Notes: generated from the letters alone by a model not told the origin. Counted from the first letter of the stretch, positions 18,953 through 27,531 are shown. The stretch: 64,000 nucleotides of DNA from an uncultured Actinomycetes bacterium (GCA_964640385.1 CAZXFL010000002.1:27045-91044); one strand, 5' to 3'. Numbers and translations are program-made.

Positions 18953-21884
18953 GGCCGGACCGGCCGTCTGACGTCCGCAGCCGCCCGCCCGCGCGGCGCA
19001 CCAGCCACCGACCCGACTCGAAGAGCGTTCCCGCCCAGGCGGCCAGCAGTCCTGCCATCACGAGTCTTCGCACCCTGCGGTAGCGGGCCTGTTCTTCCGT
19101 ATCGGCCCAGCGGACCACCGCGTCGTCGATCTTCTTCAACCGTTGGGGAACGTAGGTCGTGATGATCCGGCCGGTGCGCCGTCGGAGGTTCGGCGGCTGC
19201 ATCGTCGGATCGAAGAGCAACCGTCCGAACGCCTGCCCTCGCACGAAGTGATGATGCAGCATCGCGGGGACCGCCCGGGATGGGCTCGTGTGGGTCAGGA
19301 CCACGCCCTGCGCCCGGTACGGCACGAGTCCCTGCGCGAACAGCCTCGTGTTGACCAGGGTGTCTTCCCCGGCACGGAGGTCCGTCGGGAACCCTCCGAC
19401 GGCGACGAGGAACCCGCGGTCGTAGGAACAGTGAGCGGGGGGTTGGAGCAGAACCCCGCTCGGCCTTCCCGGGAGCGCGGCCGCATGGTCGAGGAAGTAG
19501 CTGGCCCAGCCCGCGGCCGTTCGCGTTCCGTTGAGGATCGACCCGGTTACCATCGGGTATCCCCCCGCGTGCGCTTCGATGCGCGCCTGGAGGCTCCCCG
19601 GTGGCAGCTCCACGTGTGAGCCGGGAAACGAAACGTAGTCACCTCGCGCGACCTGCAGCCCGGCGTTCCGAGCAGCGCCCGGCAGCACCGGGCGGTCGAG
19701 TTCGATCAGCGTCACGGCGTCCCCGAAGTGCTCTCGCACGACGGCCGCGGTTCTTGGGCTGCCGGACACGGCGACGATGGTCTCGAAGGGTTCCTCCGTC
19801 TCCTGGGTCACGACCGAGCGAACCACCCGTTCGATCCGGTTCGCGTCGTCGCGGGCGATGATGATCGCGGAGAGCACCGGAGCGTCCGGGTTCATGGCTG
19901 CCGCTTCGTCTTCGAACTCCATCGTGTCGATCACCGAGGATCCGGGGGCGCGAGGCTCCCAGTCGAGGATCTCGCCTGGCGGGTCGACCAGGTGCTCGTA
20001 GCCGCGCTGGTAGCGCTCCTGGGGGTCGACCTCCCGGTATTTCTCCAGTCGAGCCCGGCGACGCTCGTCGGTCAGGCTCGCCAGGTGTTGGATCCCGATC
20101 GTGGTTCGGCGGTATCGGTCTCGCGGTATCTGGAGCGGGACGGGCACGAAGTGCAGGGGCTGATCCGACAGCGTGAGGCCCGGCGTCCATCCGAACAGCC
20201 GGTAGACCCAGAGGTCGTTGCGATCGTAGCCCGCGGGATCGTCCCGGACCATCCGGTGCACGCGGAACCCGTAGGCGGAACTTGGCAGAGCGTCAGCATC
20301 TAGGAACGCTCGGAGCGCCGCCCCGTCCGCGGGGTCGATCCGCTCGTCGGTGTCCAGGAAGAGCACGAACCTCGGGTTCAGGTCTTCCGCCGCAACGAGC
20401 AGACGTTGGCGGTCGCGTGGCTCATCCCATCCCTTCCAGATGGCGCGGACCGGGTTGGTCAGGATCGCCGCCACGAAAGGCCGCTCGCCCTCCAGGAAGA
20501 TGCGCGTGCTGTCCGTCGAACCGTCGTCGAGTGCGATCACGGCATCGGCCAGTCCGCGGACGGAGTCGAACCATCCCGGTAGATCCTCCTCGCCGTTTCG
20601 CACGGGCAGCAGGGCGACCAACAGGGGACGCGACGGGTCGGCCGCCGCTTGGAGCGCCGGTGGTGCGAGGGGGTCCTCCGTCGCGCGCACGTCCCAGGCC
20701 GTCAACGGCTCCCCTACCGGCGCCGTCTCCATCCCGGAGGTGTTCGCTTCGAACTCGGCCTCGGGATCGGCCTCCGCGTACTTGCGGATGCGCGAGGCGA
20801 CCGCGTCCTCGTCGGCCGCTCCCTCATGCCGGATCCGGAACGTCGTCCGGAGCCACGCTCCGCGAGGGATCGACTCCGGGACGGGGTTGAAGTGAAGCCG
20901 GCGTTCCTCGGGGAGTCGGAGGCCCGGCCGCCATGCGAAGATGCGGTACACCCAGGTCACCTTCGGATCGATGTGGTCGCCCCACGCGCGGTAGTGCTGC
21001 AAGCCGTAGGCGCAACCGGCGAGCGCGTCGCGTTCGAGGAATGCGCGGAGGCCTCGCGCGTCCTCCGGCTCGATGACCTCGTCTGCGTCGATCTGTACGA
21101 TCCACGTCGGTCGCAGGTCGGCGGCCGCATCCAGCAGCCGTTGACGGTTGGTCGCGTCGTCCCATCCTTCGTAGGTGTCACGCTCCTGGTTCGTGAGCAG
21201 GATCCTGACGAGCGGATCGGCTTCGAGCACCGCGTGCGTGCCGTCCGTGGATCCGTCGTCAAGCGCCACCACGGCATCGGCAAATGTGCGTGCCCGGTCG
21301 AGCCATGCCGGCAGTCGGCCCGCCTCGTTCCGAACGGGTAAGAGCGCGACGAGGAACGGACCGCGTGCGCCGCTCCCTTCGGCGATCCCCTCGGTCGACG
21401 CCTCCGCGATGAGCCGGTCCAGATCGAGGTTGCCTGGGCAGGTTTTGTCGGCGCGGAGCGCGCGATGGGGGATGACGTGGCCGCGGTCGAGGGGGATCGC
21501 CCAGCGCTCGGCGACCTGCCGGAGCAGCTCGGCGCCGGCCGCGTACTGCGCGGCGGTCCGCGGGACGTCACTCGGATGTCCGTCGTCGGCGAACTCGATC
21601 CCGATCGTCGTCAGGTTCGGATCATCGCCGAGGGCCTCCACGAGGGCCGGGTCGGGGTCGACCAGGACGCCAGCATGCAGCGCGGTGTCGCGCTCCGCGA
21701 CGAAGCGTAGAATCCGCCCGTCCAGCCCCACCAGATAATGGGCGGCGACGCCACTCTCCGGGTTCGAGAACCATGCCGCCGCGCTCTCGAAGGCGCCGTC
21801 GGTGGTGTGGACGACGACGGCCAGCGGCTTGTGCCGCTGCCGGCCGCGTCGCCGGTTCGGGGTAGGTCGTCGCGGGATCTTCAC
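18939..21884 (-). CDS. Multidomain protein: N-acetylmuramoyl-L-alanine amidase (Amidase_2/PGRP) domain + three glycosyltransferase family 2 domains
   Basis: N-terminus: VVVHTTDG...AHYLVGLDGRI...HAG...IGIEF...HVIPHRALRADKTCPGNLD. Two duplicated GT2 units: LLPVRNEAGRLPAWL...ALDDGSTDGT and LLPVRNGEEDLPGWF...ALDDGSTDST. Third GT2: LSAIIIARDDANRIE...GAARNAGL..ARGDYVSF. No N-terminal signal peptide. Confidence 0.85.
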   Translation of the reverse strand: MKIPRRPTPNRRRGRQRHKPLAVVVHTTDGAFESAAAWFSNPESGVAAHYLVGLDGRILRFVAERDTALHAGVLVDPDPALVEALGDDPNLTTIGIEFADDGHPSDVPRTAAQYAAGAELLRQVAERWAIPLDRGHVIPHRALRADKTCPGNLDLDRLIAEASTEGIAEGSGARGPFLVALLPVRNEAGRLPAWLDRARTFADAVVALDDGSTDGTHAVLEADPLVRILLTNQERDTYEGWDDATNRQRLLDAAADLRPTWIVQIDADEVIEPEDARGLRAFLERDALAGCAYGLQHYRAWGDHIDPKVTWVYRIFAWRPGLRLPEERRLHFNPVPESIPRGAWLRTTFRIRHEGAADEDAVASRIRKYAEADPEAEFEANTSGMETAPVGEPLTAWDVRATEDPLAPPALQAAADPSRPLLVALLPVRNGEEDLPGWFDSVRGLADAVIALDDGSTDSTRIFLEGERPFVAAILTNPVRAIWKGWDEPRDRQRLLVAAEDLNPRFVLFLDTDERIDPADGAALRAFLDADALPSSAYGFRVHRMVRDDPAGYDRNDLWVYRLFGWTPGLTLSDQPLHFVPVPLQIPRDRYRRTTIGIQHLASLTDERRRARLEKYREVDPQERYQRGYEHLVDPPGEILDWEPRAPGSSVIDTMEFEDEAAAMNPDAPVLSAIIIARDDANRIERVVRSVVTQETEEPFETIVAVSGSPRTAAVVREHFGDAVTLIELDRPVLPGAARNAGLQVARGDYVSFPGSHVELPPGSLQARIEAHAGGYPMVTGSILNGTRTAAGWASYFLDHAAALPGRPSGVLLQPPAHCSYDRGFLVAVGGFPTDLRAGEDTLVNTRLFAQGLVPYRAQGVVLTHTSPSRAVPAMLHHHFVRGQAFGRLLFDPTMQPPNLRRRTGRIITTYVPQRLKKIDDAVVRWADTEEQARYRRVRRLVMAGLLAAWAGTLFESGRWLVRRAGGRLRTSDGRSGLTER

Positions 21885-21933
21885 GCCGTCAGACCAGTCA
21901 TCTTGGAACGCGCGGGGCGGCTGGAGCTCGGCG

Positions 21934-22446
21934 CTAGTTGACGATCACCCTACCGGCAACGACGTCGGCGATCCCGCCGCCGTTCGACCAGAACTCCACG
22001 CTGCACCTGAACTTGTCGCCGCTTTCGGTGGATGCCTTCGCCTTGATGTCCATGTAGATCCCTGCGGCGAGCAACCCTGGAGGCTGCGCGGTGGTCTGGT
22101 AGGTCCCCGGCGTGATCTGGTCGGTCAGGTTGAATGCTCCGTCGTAGTAGGAGATGGCGAATCCCCGAGCGCTCCGGCACCCGTCGACGTTGAAACTGTC
22201 GTCGACGCTCCCGTCGTTCTGGACGCCGAGTTCGAAGGTCACCGTCGAGCGGCGGTCAAGGTGAACGGATCTGGTCTGACCCTTTCCCGTCGTGTTGTAG
22301 ACGTCTGAACCGAGCCAGCTCCCGCCAACCTCCTGGATGTATCCATCGGGTTGGTACGTGGCGAGCGTTCGCGGCGTCGAAAGTGCCTGGGCGTCCATGA
22401 CGGCCACCAGGGAAATGCCGATCATGATCGTAAGGATCCTTCGCAT
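21934..22446 (-). CDS. Secreted protein made of an uncharacterised beta-sandwich-like domain (QPDG...QNDGS module)
   Basis: Signal peptide MRRILTIMIGISLVAVMDAQA. Aligns to the C-terminal 145 aa of the RCC1-repeat protein (37170-37603). Track ORF trimmed to the ATG at 22446. Confidence 0.65.
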   Translation of the reverse strand: MRRILTIMIGISLVAVMDAQALSTPRTLATYQPDGYIQEVGGSWLGSDVYNTTGKGQTRSVHLDRRSTVTFELGVQNDGSVDDSFNVDGCRSARGFAISYYDGAFNLTDQITPGTYQTTAQPPGLLAAGIYMDIKAKASTESGDKFRCSVEFWSNGGGIADVVAGRVIVN

Positions 22447-22507
22447 GACTGTCTCTTTTCTTTCGGCAGGAGACGTCAGTTTGGCTGCAGGGACGCGCTG
22501 GGTCAAG

Positions 22508-23869
22508 TCAACCGAGGGAGGGACGGCCGGGAGGCCGGCGGCGTAGCCGCCCCGGGATGAGCCCGAGCGCAAGCGTGGCGACGCCGATCGCGATCCACCC
22601 ACCGACCGTCGTGGTGTGGGAGACGGCGGCGGCGCCTTCGCCGTAGTGCTCCATGAGTTCCGACGCGAGGGTTACGCCGATCGCTGCGGCGAGCACGAGT
22701 CCGGTCAGCACGGTCCCGGAGGCCTCTCCTGCCAGCCGAGGCTCCAGGACGGCCTGCGTCCCCATGTTCGTCGTGGAGTAGGACCCGTTCGACCCGAACC
22801 CCATGGCCGCCAGCAGGAGCAGCAACGGGAGCCACGAAACCGTGTTCTCCGCGGGGTTGAACAGCACCAGTGCTCCGCCCGCCAGTCCGATCGCCAAGAC
22901 GAGCGGTAGGCGGGGGCCGAACCGGCGGAAGAGCCGGCCGGATGCCGGGCCGCCGGCAACTCCGGCGATCGAGAAGGGCAGTAGCGTGATCCCCGCCAGG
23001 AACGGATCCATGTCCAAGACGGTCTGGGTGTAGATCGCGAACACCGGGACGGGCACCGCCAGAGAGAAGTTCGCGGCGCTCCCGATGCCGGCGATGCGCC
23101 GGAAGTGGATGTGCCGGAAGACGGTAAGGTCGATCAGTGGTTCCTTGACCCTGTGTTCGATGAGCAGGAAGGCGACGAACAGCAGGACGCCGAGGGTCAG
23201 GATTCCGAGGGACAGGCGCGAGAGCCATCCCCACTCCCTGCCGAAGTCGATCACGAGGGTGACGGCCGCGACCGAGCCGACGATCGTCACCAGACCGAGC
23301 CAGTCGATGGAGCGGCCGACGTTTGGATCGCGATGTTCGCGTACGAACAGGACCACCATCGTCGCTGCGAACAGGACGGTGGGGACGTTCATGAAGAACA
23401 CCCAGCGCCACCCCAACAGATCCGTTACCGCGCCGCCGACCAGCGGACCTGCGGCCACGCCGACGGCAGAGATAGCGGTGATCGCTCCGATCGCCGGTCC
23501 GAGGCGCTCCCCGGGGACCGTTGCGCGCACGATCGAGAGCGTCGCTGGTGTGAGGAACGCCGCGCCGATACCCTGAAGCACGCGTGCCCCGATCAGGAGC
23601 GGGAGACTCGGTGCCAAGCCGCCTATGAGCGACGCTCCGCCGAACAGAGCGAGTCCGCACAACGCCATCCGCTTGTGACCGAACAGATCCGCGAAGCGTC
23701 CGCCGACGATGAGGGCAGAGGCGAACGCCAGTAGGTAGGCGCTCAGGGCCCATTGCACGTCGGTCTCGCCGACGCCGAACTCCTTCGCCATCGTCGAGAG
23801 CGCGATCGCCAGGCCCATGAAATCGAACGTCGTGACCAGCTGTGTCGCGCCGCAGGCGATGATGATCAA
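22508..23869 (-). CDS. MFS transporter, DHA2-like (14-TM drug:H+ antiporter type)
   Basis: LSAYLLAFASALIVGGRFADLFGHKRM (motif A-like) and GARVLQGIGAAFLTPATLSIV. About 14 hydrophobic segments. TTG start is the only option after the upstream stop. Confidence 0.85.
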   Translation of the reverse strand: MIIIACGATQLVTTFDFMGLAIALSTMAKEFGVGETDVQWALSAYLLAFASALIVGGRFADLFGHKRMALCGLALFGGASLIGGLAPSLPLLIGARVLQGIGAAFLTPATLSIVRATVPGERLGPAIGAITAISAVGVAAGPLVGGAVTDLLGWRWVFFMNVPTVLFAATMVVLFVREHRDPNVGRSIDWLGLVTIVGSVAAVTLVIDFGREWGWLSRLSLGILTLGVLLFVAFLLIEHRVKEPLIDLTVFRHIHFRRIAGIGSAANFSLAVPVPVFAIYTQTVLDMDPFLAGITLLPFSIAGVAGGPASGRLFRRFGPRLPLVLAIGLAGGALVLFNPAENTVSWLPLLLLLAAMGFGSNGSYSTTNMGTQAVLEPRLAGEASGTVLTGLVLAAAIGVTLASELMEHYGEGAAAVSHTTTVGGWIAIGVATLALGLIPGRLRRRPPGRPSLG

Positions 23870-23999
23870 GCGGTTGTGTCGGGTGCTCTTCCTGATGGCC
23901 GCCTCCCTCGCCGACGGCAGTATCCCCCATCAGCGCCGGATCCGGGCTCGGGCCGGCGAGGGACTCGCGTCATATCCGGTTCGGGCGTACGGTGGGCAG

Positions 24000-24641
24000 G
24001 TGAGCACGGGAACCATCGACGCGGGCCGCGTGTTGCAGACCGCGGTCCCCGACGCCGACGTCTCTGGGGGGAGTGAGCCCGTCACCGGCTGGCGGGTCTG
24101 GCGCGTGTCGTTCCGGCACCGGACGCCGGAACTGAGGGCGATCACACAGACCGAGACCTGGCCGGTCGGGCAGCGCATGCGCGCGGCGTGCCGGATCACC
24201 GCACACTCCGCGCCGACCGAAGGGTGCCGGTGCGGCATCTACGGGTTCTCGGAGCCCATGCCGCCGCCCTACGGGTTGCCCGCTGCGGGGTTCGTCGTCG
24301 TGGGCCAGGTCGCCCTCTGGGGTCAGGTGGTCGTTCACCGGGCCGGGTACCGCGCCGAGTTCGCCTATCCCCAGCGCATCGGGTTCTTCTGCATGCGATG
24401 CCTCGAGGAACGGCGGGCCGTCGTCGCGGAGGTCGTCCTGCGCGACTCGCCGTACGGGCCGCTCTGCTCCCACCATCGCGGGTTCAAGGGCGAGCCGGTG
24501 GAGCCGATCCTGCAGGGCCTGCTCGATCGGTACCAGGTCGACCGGTTGCCGCCGGAGCCGCTGGCCGGCGGCTTGATCCGGAGCCGTGAGCCGACGATCG
24601 GCGAGTCGCTCTGGTGGGGCTGGGGGGCGGCGTCCCCATGA
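24000..24641 (+). CDS. Hypothetical Cys-rich protein (GWRVW...CxCGIYGF motif family)
   Basis: In-frame GTG at 24000. Conserved-looking TGWRVWRV...LRAI...WPVGQRMRAAC...EGCRCGIYGF...FFCMRCL...LCSHH. No family name recognised. Confidence 0.6.
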   Translation: MSTGTIDAGRVLQTAVPDADVSGGSEPVTGWRVWRVSFRHRTPELRAITQTETWPVGQRMRAACRITAHSAPTEGCRCGIYGFSEPMPPPYGLPAAGFVVVGQVALWGQVVVHRAGYRAEFAYPQRIGFFCMRCLEERRAVVAEVVLRDSPYGPLCSHHRGFKGEPVEPILQGLLDRYQVDRLPPEPLAGGLIRSREPTIGESLWWGWGAASP

Positions 24642-24766
24642 ACGTCGGCAAGCTCGCGCGCGTGATCTTCATCAGGCCGGCGTCCGAGCCGGTCCCGGAG
24701 GAGATCGATCTATCCGAACTCGAGGAGATAGCGGTCGAGTCGTCCGAGCGGAAGGACGAGCCCTAG
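24638..24766 (+). CDS. Possible 42-aa acidic small protein translationally coupled to the preceding gene
   Basis: The ATG overlaps the upstream TGA (ATGA at 24638-24641). MNVGKLARVIFIRPASEPVPEEIDLSELEEIAVESSERKDEP. Too short for the ORF track. No homology evidence. Confidence 0.25.
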   Translation: MNVGKLARVIFIRPASEPVPEEIDLSELEEIAVESSERKDEP

Positions 24767-24848
24767 CGACGGGTACTCATTCATCTTCTTCACCGGCGAC
24801 CTTGGAGCGTTGCTGGAGAAGGTCGAAGTCGCTTAGGGTCGGTCAGCC

Positions 24849-25853
24849 GTGCCCTACGACGCGATCATCCTCGGGACCGACGGGTCCGATTTCGCCGCCC
24901 GCGCCGAACGTTCGGCCGTCCACCTCGCGGGGGCGTGTCGCGCCTTCCTCCTGATCGCGCAGGTCACCAATGGTGCGCGGAACGAGACCGGCCGCGCAGC
25001 GGCGGTCGCCGAAGAGGCGACCCTCAAGCCCGAGGTGCGTATCGAAAGCGGGCCACCTGTCGAGAGGCTGGTTTCGCTTGCCCAGCGGGAGAACGCGGAT
25101 CTGGTGGTCCTTGGTAGTCGCGGGCTCTCGCAAGGCGCGCCGATCCTCGGCGGCGTCGCCAACGGCGTGGTGAACGAGGCGCCGTGCGACGTCCTGCTGG
25201 TGGGCAACGAGCCGTCCGGCGTTGACCGCCCGTACGAACGGATCCTGATCGCCACCGACGGCTCCCCGACAGCCGACCGGGCCGCGCGTCGCGGGCTACG
25301 GCTTGCCGCACGGCTGGAGGCCGAGCCGATCTTGATCTTCGTGGGACACCCGAAGACAGGAGCGATGGTCTTGGACGACACGGTTGCGACCTTCGAGGGT
25401 GACGCAGGGTCGCCATCGCTCATCGTCGAACATGGCGAGCCGGCCGAGACCATCATGGCGGTGGCCCAGCGTGAAGGTGCTGGGCTCATCGTGATCGGCA
25501 ACCGCGGGATGACGGGCGCTCGCGCCCGCATGCTCGGGTCGGTTCCGCGAACCATCGCCCGATCGGCCCCGCGCGACGTCCTGGTGGTGCGCACCGTCAG
25601 CCAGTCACTCGAGGAGATCCAACCCGGACGAGGCGGCATCGTCGACAACGGGGATCGCAAGGTCGCGGTCTTCCGCGATGCGGCGGGCATCGCGCACGCC
25701 GTGAGTCCGAAATGCACGCATATGGAGTGCACGGTCGGCTGGAACGGCTCGGAGCAAACCTGGGATTGCCCGTGCCATGGTTCGCGCTACGCCTCAGACG
25801 GAACGGTGATCCACGGCCCCGCGAAGAGGAATCTCGATCCGGTAGAGCTCTAG
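24849..25853 (+). CDS. Tandem universal stress protein (USP) domains fused to a C-terminal Rieske [2Fe-2S] domain
   Basis: Two USP units: ILGTDGSDFA...LVVLGSRGLS...GGVANGVVNEAPCDVLLV and ILIATDGSPTA...LIVIGNRGMTG...GSVPRTIARSAPRDVLVV. Then the Rieske motif CTHMECTV...(16)...CPCHGSRY. Confidence 0.85.
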   Translation: MPYDAIILGTDGSDFAARAERSAVHLAGACRAFLLIAQVTNGARNETGRAAAVAEEATLKPEVRIESGPPVERLVSLAQRENADLVVLGSRGLSQGAPILGGVANGVVNEAPCDVLLVGNEPSGVDRPYERILIATDGSPTADRAARRGLRLAARLEAEPILIFVGHPKTGAMVLDDTVATFEGDAGSPSLIVEHGEPAETIMAVAQREGAGLIVIGNRGMTGARARMLGSVPRTIARSAPRDVLVVRTVSQSLEEIQPGRGGIVDNGDRKVAVFRDAAGIAHAVSPKCTHMECTVGWNGSEQTWDCPCHGSRYASDGTVIHGPAKRNLDPVEL

Positions 25854-26326
25854 CCGAGCCCCGGCTTGAAGACCATGAGCCAGAGGATCAGCAGGAGGCC
25901 CGCGAAGCCGATCACCGCGTTCACCACCGGCACCTTCGAACGGAGCAACTCGTCGAGTTCCTCGTCGCTTACGCGCGGGACGCCGGATTCACGCATCTGG
26001 GTGGCCTCGGCCACCTTCCCGTAGTACGTGCGGCCCACCGCACTCATCTCGACGATCAGCGCCACGAGGATCCCGATCGCCGCCCAGATCCACCAGTAGC
26101 CCCAGTAGTGACCGAGGAAGCCGGAGACCACTCCGCTGACGATCAATACGAGAAGGGAGACGTACATCGCAACCACCGAGGAACCGGACAGCTGCCGCAG
26201 CTCAAGGATCCTCGCCCGGTCGCGCTCCTTGCGGAGTCTGAAGAACACACTCACCGAGACGCCGTGGGCGAGCAGGAACGCGAACGCCGCCGCGATGTGC
26301 ACGAATTTCCACCACTGAAACGCCAT
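25850..26326 (-). CDS. Small 4-TM membrane protein (DUF2269-like)
   Basis: MAFQWWKFVHIAAAFAFLLAHGVSV... with four hydrophobic helices. 4-nt convergent overlap with the previous gene. Confidence 0.7.
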   Translation of the reverse strand: MAFQWWKFVHIAAAFAFLLAHGVSVSVFFRLRKERDRARILELRQLSGSSVVAMYVSLLVLIVSGVVSGFLGHYWGYWWIWAAIGILVALIVEMSAVGRTYYGKVAEATQMRESGVPRVSDEELDELLRSKVPVVNAVIGFAGLLLILWLMVFKPGLG

Positions 26327-26402
26327 GGAAACCCGATGTTACCCCAAGCGGGATCGCTAGCTGGGCGCCGGAACGCCGGGGGATGTGCGAGCGCCCGCCC
26401 GG

Positions 26403-26897
26403 CTATTCGCAGCTCTTGATCGTGTTATTTCCGGGACCGCCCTTGCACGTGTCGTTGCCCTTCCCGCCGACGAGCGTGTCGTTCCCGTCCTTGCCGAGCA
26501 GCTTGTCGTTCGCGTTGCCACCCTTGATGGTGTCGTTGCCATCCTGGCCGATGACCTGGTCTCGCCCACGTCCGGCGATGAGCGTCTCATCGCCGGAGTC
26601 GCCGGTGATCGTCGTCGTTCCCGTGAACGCGGACGCGTTCACCATTCCATCCGAAACCGCAGCCAGCGATCCCTTCTCGATGCCGGAAAGCGCGTCGATC
26701 TCGGTTGCTCCTTCGATGGACGTGTCGGTGAGGATGATCGGGTTGTCCTTCGCGACGACGGTGTCAGTGCCGCCGCCGCCGGCAACCGCGTCGTTGGTGG
26801 AGTCCGGCACCAGTGTGATCTCGTCGTTGCCGACGCCGGCAGAACTCACGGCGTTCAGCTCCCTCGCCGGTCGGACGATCAACGCGACGACGTTCAC
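26403..26897 (-). CDS. Calcium-binding (RTX-like GGxGxD) repeat protein fragment. Lacks a signal peptide and is probably 5'-truncated.
   Basis: GQDGNDTIKGGNANDKLLGKDGNDTLVGGKGNDTCKGGPGNNTIKSCE. Aligns to the C-terminal half of the full-length paralogue 38208..39515. Confidence 0.6.
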   Translation of the reverse strand: MNVVALIVRPARELNAVSSAGVGNDEITLVPDSTNDAVAGGGGTDTVVAKDNPIILTDTSIEGATEIDALSGIEKGSLAAVSDGMVNASAFTGTTTITGDSGDETLIAGRGRDQVIGQDGNDTIKGGNANDKLLGKDGNDTLVGGKGNDTCKGGPGNNTIKSCE

Positions 26898-27369
26898 CGG
26901 CGACTCGGTACTCAGCGGGTACAGCCAGAGCGACGTGATCCTGGGGGGCTCCGGCGACGACGTGATCTACCCGGGGTTCGGGTTCGGCAACGACACGATG
27001 GATGGGAACGGCGGGTCCGACCGGATCTACGCCTACCTGCTGGGGGACGCGACGCTCTCCGCGGCCACGCTCGTCACCAGCGACAACGGCACGGACACCT
27101 TCTCCGACATCGAGGCCGCGACGCTCGACGGGAACGCGCCGTTCCTGACGGTCGACGCCTCGACGGCGACGGTCCCGGTCGCGATCTTCGCCGGCGACGG
27201 GACGGGTACCTCCGACCTGACGGGCGGTCCCTTCGACGACCGACTTATCGGGGCCGCCAGCATGGATGTCCTGAGGGGTCTGGACGGGGATGACTTCCTG
27301 GATGGCCGCGCAGAGGTCGACGACTGCAAGGGCGGGGCCGGAATCGACACGATCAAGAACTGCGAGTAG
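26815..27369 (+). CDS. Calcium-binding repeat protein fragment, divergent from and head-to-head with the previous one. Start uncertain, no signal peptide.
   Basis: ...NATTFTGDSVLSG..ILGGSGDDVIY..GNDTMDGNGGSDRIY...LRGLDGDDFLDGRAEVDDCKGGAGIDTIKNCE. The first about 145 codons of track ORF 26383..27369 are just the antisense of the minus-strand fragment. Candidate starts are GTG 26797, GTG 26815 and TTG 26827. Confidence 0.5.
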   Translation: MISSLPTPAELTAFSSLAGRTINATTFTGDSVLSGYSQSDVILGGSGDDVIYPGFGFGNDTMDGNGGSDRIYAYLLGDATLSAATLVTSDNGTDTFSDIEAATLDGNAPFLTVDASTATVPVAIFAGDGTGTSDLTGGPFDDRLIGAASMDVLRGLDGDDFLDGRAEVDDCKGGAGIDTIKNCE

Positions 27370-27395
27370 CGGGGCGCCGAGAGGCCCTCGCTACT

Positions 27396-27426
27396 TTGCC
27401 TCCAATGGGAACGTCGGCGCTACAAT
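27396..27426 (+). promoter_or_regulatory. Possible promoter (TTGCCT-N19-TACAAT) upstream of the tRNA-Thr 5' half
   Basis: The hexamers were read directly. The spacer is long (19 nt) and there are about 65 nt to the tRNA fragment. Speculative. Confidence 0.25.
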
Positions 27427-27491
27427 CAGGGCGATCCTGACGGACGAGATTCGCCGTTTCCGCAGGTCAAGGCCGGGGTCGGGGGTCGGGG

Positions 27492-27531
27492 GCCGGGGTA
27501 GCTCAGTTGGCAGAGCAGCGGTTTCGTAAAC
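27492..27531 (+). pseudogene. 5' half of tRNA-Thr(CGU): acceptor, D-arm and anticodon stem-loop up to ...GGTTTCGTAAAC
   Basis: 40/40 nt identical to 33816-33855 of the intact gene. The downstream sequence no longer forms the anticodon stem (ACGTC instead of ACCGC). Confidence 0.8.

Noticed and set aside
26383-26815. 5' half of the 328-aa plus-strand ORF 26383..27369.
   Set aside because: It is the open antisense frame of the minus-strand Ca-binding repeat fragment and has a Ser/Pro-rich, motif-less translation. Only the 3' part encodes GGxGxD repeats.
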